Shown here: one piece after another, positions 52,901 through 64,000 of the stretch
How positions within the stretch are numbered: position 1 is the stretch's first letter
How the letters are laid out: every line of letters starts with the position of its first letter
Assembly: GCA_964057225.1 (NCBI GenBank)
Contig: OZ059900.1
Span: 24,118,001 to 24,182,000 of the forward strand
Length of the DNA: 64,000 nucleotides
DNA from: Auanema rhodensis
Lineage: Eukaryota > Animalia > Nematoda
Reading direction: 5' to 3'
The notes under the pieces: generated by a model
What the model saw: the letters and a program-made list of their open reading frames with translations, nothing else
The model's database searches: none
What the model was told of the DNA's origin: nothing
Made by a program: the position numbers and the translations under genes

Positions 52901-54721
52901 TCAATGAAACCTAGCTCAAAATTGTTCGTACAACGTCTAGTTCCACTTTCACGACAAAAAAACAGGGGTTAGAAAATTAAGGAAATTAGCATATTCTGAG
53001 GGCACGCCCCTTATGGCTAATATTGATTAAATCGATTTTTGTTCATATGAGTCGTCAAATGCAACGAATTTCAGCGTGTTACATACTAAAATGAAGCATT
53101 TTACATGCTGAACACTAGAAAAATACAAAAACACAGTATTTCCCATGAGAAATATTTTATCATGCTGGAAAACCAGTTTTTGGAAATTTCGCTGTAAACA
53201 AGGTTTTGACTTACGATTTCATGTGTTCAAACTCATGCAATGTCAATGAAACCTAGCTCAAAATTGTTCGTACAACGTCTAGTTCCACTTTCACGACAAA
53301 AAAACAGGGGTTAGAAAATTAAGGAAATTAGCATATTCTGAGGGCACGCCCCTTATGGCTAATATTGATTAAATCGATTTTTGTTCATATGAGTCGTCAA
53401 ATGCAACGAATTTCAGCGTGTTACATACTAAAATGAAGCATTTTACATGCTGAACACTAGAAAAATACAAAAACACAGTATTTCCCATGAGAAATATTTT
53501 ATCATGCTGGAAAACCAGTTTTTGGAAATTTCGCTGTAAACAAGGTTTTGACTTACGATTTCATGTGTTCAAACTCATGCAATGTCAATGAAACCTAGCT
53601 CAAAATTGTTCGTACAACGTCTAGTTCCACTTTCACGACAAAAAAACAGGGGTTAAAAAATTAAGGAAATTAGCATATTCTGAGGGCACGCCCCTTATGG
53701 CTAATATTGATTAAATCGATTTTTGTTCATATGAGTCGTCAAATGCAACGAATTTCAGCGTGTTACATACTAAAATGAAGCATTTTACATGCTGAACACT
53801 AGAAAAATACAAAAACACAGTATTTCCCATGAGAAATATTTTATCATGCTGGAAAACCAGTTTTTGGAAATTTCGCTGTAAACAAGGTTTTGACTTACGA
53901 TTTCATGTGTTCAAACTCATGCAATGTCAATGAAACCTAGCTCAAAATTGTTTGTACAACGTCTAGTTCCACTTTCACGACAAAAAAACAAGGGTTAGAA
54001 AATTAAGGAAATTAGCATATTCTGAGGGCACGCCCCTTATGGCTAATATTGATTAAATCGATTTTTGTTCATATGAGTCGTCAAATGCAACGAATTTCAG
54101 CGTGTTACATACTAAAATGAAGCATTTTACATGCTGAACACTAGAAAAATACAAAAACACAGTATTTCCCATGAGAAATATTTTATTATGCTGGAAAACC
54201 AGTTTTTGGAAATTTCGCTGTAAACAAGGTTTTGACTTACGATTTCATGTGTTCAAACTCATGCAATGTCAATGTAACCTAGCTCAAAATTGTTCGTACA
54301 ACGTCTAGTTCCACTTTCACGACGAAAAAACAGGGGTTAGAAAATTAAGGAAATTAGCATATTCTGAGGGCACGCCCCTTATGGCTAATATTGATTAAAT
54401 CGATTTTTGTTCATATGAGTCGTCAAATGCAACGAATTTCAGCGTGTTACAAACTAAAATGAAGCATTTTACATGCTGAACACTAGAAAAATACAAAAAC
54501 ACAGTATTTCCCATGAGAAATATTTTATTATGCTGGAAAACCAGTTTTTGGAAATTTCGCTGTAAACAAGGTTTTGACTTACGATTTCATGTGTTCAAAC
54601 TCATGCAATGTCAATGAAACCTAGCTCAAAATTGTTCGTACAACGTCTAGTTCCACTTTCACGACAAAAAAACAGGGGTTAGAAAATTAAGGAAATTAGC
54701 ATATTCTGAGGGCACGCCCCT
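49934..54721 (+). repeat. 6-monomer (2052 bp) higher-order repeat, about 2.3 copies, M147-160
   Basis: The order 238T, 73A, consensus, 150C, 150C+303A, 150C-258T-296A repeats at +2052. Confidence 0.88.
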
Positions 54722-55747
54722 TATGGCTAATATTGATTAAATCGATTTTTGTTCATATGAGTCGTCAAATGCAACGAATTTCAGCGTGTTACATACTAAA
54801 ATGAAGCATTTTACATGCTGAACACTAGAAGAATACAAAAACACAGTATTTCCCATGAGAAATATTTTATCATGCTGGAAAACCAGTTTTTGGAAATTTC
54901 GCTGTAAACAAGGTTTTGACTTACGATTTCATGTGTTCAAACTCATGCAATGTCAATGAAACCTAGCTCAAAATTGTTCGTACAACGTCTAGTTCCACTT
55001 TCACGACAAAAAAACAGGGGTTAGAAAATTAAGGAAATTAGCATATTCTGAGGGCACGCCCCTTATGGCTAATATTGATTAAATCGATTTTTGTTCATAT
55101 GAGTCGTCAAATGCAACGAATTTCAGCGTGTTACATACTAAAATGAAGCATTTTACATGCTGAACACTAGAAAAATACAAAAACACAGTATTTCCCATGA
55201 GAAATATTTTATCATGCTGGAAAACCAGTTTTTGGAAATTTCGCTGTAAACAAGGTTCTGACTTACGATTTCATGTGTTCAAACTCATGCAATGTCAATG
55301 AAACCTAGCTCAAAATTGTTCGTACAACGTCTAGTTCCACTTTCACGACAAAAAAACAGGGGTTAAAAAATTAAGGAAATTAGCATATTCTGAGGGCACG
55401 CCCCTTATGGCTAATATTGATTAAATCGATTTTTGTTCATATGAGTCGTCAAATGCAACGAATTTCAGCGTGTTACATACTAAAATGAAGCATTTTACAT
55501 GCTGAACACTAGAAAAATACAAAAACACAGTATTTCCCATGAGAAATATTTTATCATGCTGGAAAACCAGTTTTTGGAAATTTCGCTGTAAACAAGGTTT
55601 TGACTTACGATTTCATGTGTTCAAACTCATGCAATGTCAATGAAACCTAGCTCAAAATTGTTTGTACAACGTCTAGTTCCACTTTCACGACAAAAAAACA
55701 AGGGTTAGAAAATTAAGGAAATTAGCATATTCTGAGGGCACGCCCCT

Positions 55748-58700
55748 TATGGCTAATATTGATTAAATCGATTTTTGTTCATATGAGTCGTCAAATGCAA
55801 CGAATTTCAGCGTGTTACATACTAAAATGAAGCATTTTACATGCTGAACACTAGAAAAATACAAAAACACAGTATTTCCCATGAGAAATATTTTATCATG
55901 CTGGAAAACCAGTTTTTGGAAATTTCGCTGTAAACAAGGTTTTGACTTACGATTTCATGTGTTCAAACTCATGCAATGTCAATGAAACCTAGCTCAAAAT
56001 TGTTCGTACAACGTCTAGTTCCACTTTCACGACAAAAAAACAGGGGTTAGAAAATTAAGGAAATTAGCATATTCCGAGGGCACGCCCCTTATGGCTAATA
56101 TTGATTAAATCGATTTTTGTTCATATGAGTCGTCAAATGCAACGAATTTCAGCGTGTTACATACTAAAATGAAGCATTTTACATGCTGAACACTAGAAAA
56201 ATACAAAAACACAGTATTTCCCATGAGAAATATTTTATCATGCTGGAAAACCAGTTTTTGGAAATTTCGCTGTAAACAAGGTTTTGACTTACGATTTCAT
56301 GTGTTCAAACTCATGCAATGTCAATGAAACCTAGCTCAAAATTGTTCGTACAACGTCTAGTTCCACTTTCACGACAAAAAAACAGGGGTTAAAAAATTAA
56401 GGAAATTAGCATATTCTGAGGGCACGCCCCTTATGGCTAATATTGATTAAATCGATTTTTGTTCATATGAGTCGTCAAATGCAACGAATTTCAGCGTGTT
56501 ACATACTAAAATGAAGCATTTTACATGCTGAACACTAGAAAAATACAAAAACACAGTATTTCCCATGAGAAATATTTTATCATGCTGGAAAACCAGTTTT
56601 TGGAAATTTCGCTGTAAACAAGGTTTTGACTTACGATTTCATGTGTTCAAACTCATGCAATGTCAATGAAACCTAGCTCAAAATTGTTTGTACAACGTCT
56701 AGTTCCACTTTCACGACAAAAAAACAAGGGTTAGAAAATTAAGGAAATTAGCATATTCTGAGGGCACGCCCCTTATGGCTAATATTGATTAAATCGATTT
56801 TTGTTCATATGAGTCGTCAAATGCAACGAATTTCAGCGTGTTACATACTAAAATGAAGCATTTTACATGCTGAACACTAGAAAAATACAAAAACACAGTA
56901 TTTCCCATGAGAAATATTTTATTATGCTGGAAAACCAGTTTTTGGAAATTTCGCTGTAAACAAGGTTTTGACTTACGATTTCATGTGTTCAAACTCATGC
57001 AATGTCAATGTAACCTAGCTCAAAATTGTTCGTACAACGTCTAGTTCCACTTTCACGACAAAAAAACAGGGGTTAGAAAATTAAGGAAATTAGCATATTC
57101 TGAGGGCACGCCCCTTATGGCTAATATTGATTAAATCGATTTTTGTTCATATGAGTCGTCAAATGCAACGAATTTCAGCGTGTTACACACTAAAATGAAG
57201 CATTTTACATGCTGAACACTAGAAGAATACAAAAACACAGTATTTCCCATGAGAAATATTTTATTATGCTAGAAAACCAGTTTTTCGAAATTTCCCTGTA
57301 AACAAGGTTTTGACTTACGATTTCATGTGTTCAAACTCATGCAATGTCAATGAAACCTAGCTCAAAATTGTTCGTACAACGTCTAGTTCCACTTTCACGA
57401 CAAAAAAACAGGGGTTAGAAAATTAAGGAAATTAGCATATTCTGAGGGCACGCCCCTTATGGCTAATATTGATTAAATCGATTTTTGTTCATATGAGTCG
57501 TCAAATGCAACGAATTTCAGCGTGTTACATACTAAAATGAAGCATTTTAAATGCTGAACACTAGAAAAATACAAAAACACAGTATTTCCCATGAGAAATA
57601 TTTTATCATGCTGGAAAACCAGTTTTTGGAAATTTCGCTGTAAACAAGGTTTTGACTTACGATTTCATGTGTTCAAACTCATGCAATGTCAATGAAACCT
57701 AGCTCAAAATTGTTTGTACAACGTCTAGTTCCACTTTCACGACAAAAAAACAAGGGTTAGAAAATTAAGGAAATTAGCATATTCTGAGGGCACGCCCCTT
57801 ATGGCTAATATTGATTAAATCGATTTTTGTTCATATGAGTCGTCAAATGCAACGAATTTCAGCGTGTTACATACTAAAATGAAGCATTTTACATGCTGAA
57901 CACTAGAAAAATACAAAAACACAGTATTTCCCATGAGAAATATTTTATTATGCTGGAAAACCAGTTTTTGGAAATTTCGCTGTAAACAAGGTTTTGACTT
58001 ACGATTTCATGTGTTCAAACTCATGCAATGTCAATGTAACCTAGCTCAAAATTGTTCGTACAACGTCTAGTTCCACTTTCACGACAAAAAAACAGGGGTT
58101 AGAAAATTAAGGAAATTAGCATATTCTGAGGGCACGCCCCTTATGGCTAATATTGATTAAATCGATTTTTGTTCATATGAGTCGTCAAATGCAACGAATT
58201 TCAGCGTGTTACAAACTAAAATGAAGCATTTTACATGCTGAACACTAGAAAAATACAAAAACACAGTATTTCCCATGAGAAATATTTTATCATGCTGGAA
58301 AACCAGTTTTTGGAAATTTCGCTGTAAACAAGGTTTTGACTTACGATTTCATGTGTTCAAACTCATGCAATGTCAATGAAACCTAGCTCAAAATTGTTCG
58401 TACAACGTCTAGTTCCACTTTCACGACAAAAAAACAGGGGTTAGAAAATTAAGGAAATTAGCATATTCCGAGGGCACGCCCCTTATGGCTAATATTGATT
58501 AAATCGATTTTTGTTCATATGAGTCGTCAAATGCAACGAATTTCAGCGTGTTACATACTAAAATGAAGCATTTTACATGCTGAACACTAGAAAAATACAA
58601 AAACACAGTATTTCCCATGAGAAATATTTTATCATGCTGGAAAACCAGTTTTTGGAAATTTCGCTGTAAACAAGGTTTTGACTTACGATTTCATGTGTTC

Positions 58701-61700
58701 AAACTCATGCAATGTCAATGAAACCTAGCTCAAAATTGTTCGTACAACGTCTAGTTCCACTTTCACGACAAAAAAACAGGGGTTAAAAAATTAAGGAAAT
58801 TAGCATATTCTGAGGGCACGCCCCTTATGGCTAATATTGATTAAATCGATTTTTGTTCATATGAGTCGTCAAATGCAACGAATTTCAGCGTGTTACATAC
58901 TAAAATGAAGCATTTTACATGCTGAACACTAGAAAAATACAAAAACACAGTATTTCCCATGAGAAATATTTTATCATGCTGGAAAACCAGTTTTTGGAAA
59001 TTTCGCTGTAAACAAGGTTTTGACTTACGATTTCATGTGTTCAAACTCATGCAATGTCAATGAAACCTAGCTCAAAATTGTTTGTACAACGTCTAGTTCC
59101 ACTTTCACGACAAAAAAACAAGGGTTAGAAAATTAAGGAAATTAGCATATTCTGAGGGCACGCCCCTTATGGCTAATATTGATTAAATCGATTTTTGTTC
59201 ATATGAGTCGTCAAATGCAACGAATTTCAGCGTGTTACATACTAAAATGAAGCATTTTACATGCTGAACACTAGAAAAATACAAAAACACAGTATTTCCC
59301 ATGAGAAATATTTTATTATGCTGGAAAACCAGTTTTTGGAAATTTCGCTGTAAACAAGGTTTTGACTTACGATTTCATGTGTTCAAACTCATGCAATGTC
59401 AATGTAACCTAGCTCAAAATTGTTCGTACAACGTCTAGTTCCACTTTCACGACAAAAAAACAGGGGTTAGAAAATTAAGGAAATTAGCATATTCTGAGGG
59501 CACGCCCCTTATGGCTAATATTGATTAAATCGATTTTTGTTCATATGAGTCGTCAAATGCAACGAATTTCAGCGTGTTACACACTAAAATGAAGCATTTT
59601 ACATGCTGAACACTAGAAGAATACAAAAACACAGTATTTCCCATGAGAAATATTTTATTATGCTAGAAAACCAGTTTTTCGAAATTTCCCTGTAAACAAG
59701 GTTTTGACTTACGATTTCATGTGTTCAAACTCATGCAATGTCAATGAAACCTAGCTCAAAATTGTTCGTACAACGTCTAGTTCCACTTTCACGACAAAAA
59801 AACAGGGGTTAGAAAATTAAGGAAATTAGCATATTCTGAGGGCACGCCCCTTATGGCTAATATTGATTAAATCGATTTTTGTTCATATGAGTCGTCAAAT
59901 GCAACGAATTTCAGCGTGTTACATACTAAAATGAAGCATTTTAAATGCTGAACACTAGAAAAATACAAAAACACAGTATTTCCCATGAGAAATATTTTAT
60001 CATGCTGGAAAACCAGTTTTTGGAAATTTCGCTGTAAACAAGGTTTTGACTTACGATTTCATGTGTTCAAACTCATGCAATGTCAATGAAACCTAGCTCA
60101 AAATTGTTTGTACAACGTCTAGTTCCACTTTCACGACAAAAAAACAAGGGTTAGAAAATTAAGGAAATTAGCATATTCTGAGGGCACGCCCCTTATGGCT
60201 AATATTGATTAAATCGATTTTTGTTCATATGAGTCGTCAAATGCAACGAATTTCAGCGTGTTACATACTAAAATGAAGCATTTTACATGCTGAACACTAG
60301 AAAAATACAAAAACACAGTATTTCCCATGAGAAATATTTTATTATGCTGGAAAACCAGTTTTTGGAAATTTCGCTGTAAACAAGGTTTTGACTTACGATT
60401 TCATGTGTTCAAACTCATGCAATGTCAATGTAACCTAGCTCAAAATTGTTCGTACAACGTCTAGTTCCACTTTCACGACAAAAAAACAGGGGTTAGAAAA
60501 TTAAGGAAATTAGCATATTCTGAGGGCACGCCCCTTATGGCTAATATTGATTAAATCGATTTTTGTTCATATGAGTCGTCAAATGCAACGAATTTCAGCG
60601 TGTTACAAACTAAAATGAAGCATTTTACATGCTGAACACTAGAAAAATACAAAAACACAGTATTTCCCATGAGAAATATTTTATTATGCTGGAAAACCAG
60701 TTTTTGGAAATTTCGCTGTAAACAAGGTTTTGACTTACGATTTCATGTGTTCAAACTCATGCAATGTCAATGAAACCTAGCTCAAAATTGTTCGTACAAC
60801 GTCTAGTTCCACTTTCACGACAAAAAAACAGGGGTTAGAAAATTAAGGAAATTAGCATATTCTGAGGGCACGCCCCTTATGGCTAATATTGATTAAATCG
60901 ATTTTTGTTCATATGAGTCGTCAAATGCAACGAATTTCAGCGTGTTACATACTAAAATGAAGCATTTTACATGCTGAACACTAGAAAAATACAAAAACAC
61001 AGTATTTCCCATGAGAAATATTTTATTATGCTGGAAAACCAGTTTTTGGAAATTTCGCTGTAAACAAGGTTTTGACTTACGATTTCATGTGTTCAAACTC
61101 ATGCAATGTCAATGAAACCTAGCTCAAAATTGTTCGTACAACGTCTAGTTCCACTTTCACGACAAAAAAACAGGGGTTAGAAAATTAAGGAAATTAGCAT
61201 ATTCTGAGGGCACGCCCCTTATGGCTAATATTGATTAAATCGATTTTTGTTCATATGAGTCGTCAAATGCAACGAATTTCAGCGTGTTACATACTAAAAT
61301 GAAGCATTTTACATGCTGAACACTAGAAAAATACAAAAACACAGTATTTCCCATGAGAAATATTTTATCATGCTGGAAAACCAGTTTTTGGAAATTTCGC
61401 TGTAAACAAGGTTTTGACTTACGATTTCATGTGTTCAAACTCATGCAATGTCAATGAAACCTAGCTCAAAATTGTTCGTACAACGTCTAGTTCCACTTTC
61501 ACGACAAAAAAACAGGGGTTAAAAAATTAAGGAAATTAGCATATTCTGAGGGCACGCCCCTTATGGCTAATATTGATTAAATCGATTTTTGTTCATATGA
61601 GTCGTCAAATGCAACGAATTTCAGCGTGTTACATACTAAAATGAAGCATTTTACATGCTGAACACTAGAAAAATACAAAAACACAGTATTTCCCATGAGA

Positions 61701-63613
61701 AATATTTTATCATGCTGGAAAACCAGTTTTTGGAAATTTCGCTGTAAACAAGGTTTTGACTTACGATTTCATGTGTTCAAACTCATGCAATGTCAATGAA
61801 ACCTAGCTCAAAATTGTTTGTACAACGTCTAGTTCCACTTTCACGACAAAAAAACAAGGGTTAGAAAATTAAGGAAATTAGCATATTCTGAGGGCACGCC
61901 CCTTATGGCTAATATTGATTAAATCGATTTTTGTTCATATGAGTCGTCAAATGCAACGAATTTCAGCGTGTTACATACTAAAATGAAGCATTTTACATGC
62001 TGAACACTAGAAAAATACAAAAACACAGTATTTCCCATGAGAAATATTTTATTATGCTGGAAAACCAGTTTTTGGAAATTTCGCTGTAAACAAGGTTTTG
62101 ACTTACGATTTCATGTGTTCAAACTCATGCAATGTCAATGTAACCTAGCTCAAAATTGTTCGTACAACGTCTAGTTCCACTTTCACGACAAAAAAACAGG
62201 GGTTAGAAAATTAAGGAAATTAGCATATTCTGAGGGCACGCCCCTTATGGCTAATATTGATTAAATCGATTTTTGTTCATATGAGTCGTCAAATGCAACG
62301 AATTTCAGCGTGTTACACACTAAAATGAAGCATTTTACATGCTGAACACTAGAAGAATACAAAAACACAGTATTTCCCATGAGAAATATTTTATTATGCT
62401 AGAAAACCAGTTTTTCGAAATTTCCCTGTAAACAAGGTTTTGACTTACGATTTCATGTGTTCAAACTCATGCAATGTCAATGAAACCTAGCTCAAAATTG
62501 TTCGTACAACGTCTAGTTCCACTTTCACGACAAAAAAACAGGGGTTAGAAAATTAAGGAAATTAGCATATTCTGAGGGCACGCCCCTTATGGCTAATATT
62601 GATTAAATCGATTTTTGTTCATATGAGTCGTCAAATGCAACGAATTTCAGCGTGTTACATACTAAAATGAAGCATTTTAAATGCTGAACACTAGAAAAAT
62701 ACAAAAACACAGTATTTCCCATGAGAAATATTTTATCATGCTGGAAAACCAGTTTTTGGAAATTTCGCTGTAAACAAGGTTTTGACTTACGATTTCATGT
62801 GTTCAAACTCATGCAATGTCAATGAAACCTAGCTCAAAATTGTTTGTACAACGTCTAGTTCCACTTTCACGACAAAAAAACAAGGGTTAGAAAATTAAGG
62901 AAATTAGCATATTCTGAGGGCACGCCCCTTATGGCTAATATTGATTAAATCGATTTTTGTTCATATGAGTCGTCAAATGCAACGAATTTCAGCGTGTTAC
63001 ATACTAAAATGAAGCATTTTACATGCTGAACACTAGAAAAATACAAAAACACAGTATTTCCCATGAGAAATATTTTATTATGCTGGAAAACCAGTTTTTG
63101 GAAATTTCGCTGTAAACAAGGTTTTGACTTACGATTTCATGTGTTCAAACTCATGCAATGTCAATGTAACCTAGCTCAAAATTGTTCGTACAACGTCTAG
63201 TTCCACTTTCACGACAAAAAAACAGGGGTTAGAAAATTAAGGAAATTAGCATATTCTGAGGGCACGCCCCTTATGGCTAATATTGATTAAATCGATTTTT
63301 GTTCATATGAGTCGTCAAATGCAACGAATTTCAGCGTGTTACAAACTAAAATGAAGCATTTTACATGCTGAACACTAGAAAAATACAAAAACACAGTATT
63401 TCCCATGAGAAATATTTTATTATGCTGGAAAACCAGTTTTTGGAAATTTCGCTGTAAACAAGGTTTTGACTTACGATTTCATGTGTTCAAACTCATGCAA
63501 TGTCAATGAAACCTAGCTCAAAATTGTTCGTACAACGTCTAGTTCCACTTTCACGACAAAAAAACAGGGGTTAGAAAATTAAGGAAATTAGCATATTCTG
63601 AGGGCACGCCCCT
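55748..63613 (+). repeat. 7/8-monomer higher-order repeat, three copies, M164-186
   Basis: A diagnostic monomer (73C,110G,156A,171C,180C) followed by a C93A monomer occurs at M168, M175 and M183 (spacings 2394 and 2736 bp). T328C is shared by M164 and M171. Confidence 0.9.
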
Positions 63614-64000
63614 TATGGCTAATATTGATTAAATCGATTTTTGTTCATATGAGTCGTCAAATGCAACGAATTTCAGCGTGTTACATACTAAAATGAAGCA
63701 TTTTACATGCTGAACACTAGAAAAATACAAAAACACAGTATTTCCCATGAGAAATATTTTATTATGCTGGAAAACCAGTTTTTGGAAATTTCGCTGTAAA
63801 CAAGGTTTTGACTTACGATTTCATGTGTTCAAACTCATGCAATGTCAATGAAACCTAGCTCAAAATTGTTTGTACAACGTCTAGTTCCACTTTCACGACA
63901 AAAAAACAAGGGTTAGAAAATTAAGGAAATTAGCATATTCTGAGGGCACGCCCCTTATGGCTAATATTGATTAAATCGATTTTTGTTCATATGAGTCGTC

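Larger units (their letters stand above)
1..64000 (+). repeat. Tandem satellite DNA array, 342-bp monomer, 187 full copies plus 45-bp partial; likely centromeric/pericentromeric or heterochromatic
   Basis: TATGGCTAATATTG recurs at 1, 343, 685 ... 3421 ... 63956. The register matches 342 x n with a net +1 from five 1-bp indels. Both window ends lie inside the array. The centromeric assignment is inference from homogeneity, AT-richness and unit size. Confidence 0.99.

Noticed and set aside
1-64000. CRISPR array or other prokaryotic repeat system
   Set aside because: There are no unique spacers and no cas or other genes, and the unit is 342 bp of contiguous near-identical sequence.
1-64000. Wholesale assembly artefact or a coded message in the variant order
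   Set aside because: Private and nested shared variants fit ordinary duplication and conversion history. Individual perfect duplications still need read support.

Overview
The whole 64-kb window is one uninterrupted, head-to-tail tandem satellite array: 187 complete monomers of 342 bp plus a 45-bp partial copy, all in the same orientation. The monomer is about 34% GC by hand count, and copies differ from the consensus at roughly 0-7 positions. I see no genes, RNA genes, transposon insertions, CRISPR spacers or unique sequence. The single 69-aa ORF comes from one point mutation removing a stop codon. The array looks like eukaryotic (peri)centromeric or heterochromatic satellite DNA; I cannot identify the organism or family. 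The structure of interest is internal. The monomer appears to be an ancient, diverged ~171-bp dimer rich in dyad symmetries, including a bulged hairpin at monomer positions 59-101. Rare shared variants reveal local higher-order duplications of 3, 4, 5, 6, 7, 8, 9 and 12 monomers, several with mappable chimeric junction monomers, and variant domains that replace one another along the array. I found no evidence of a new protein-coding system. Monomer numbers (M1-M188) and monomer positions count from base 1 (TATGGCTAAT...). All typing was done by eye.
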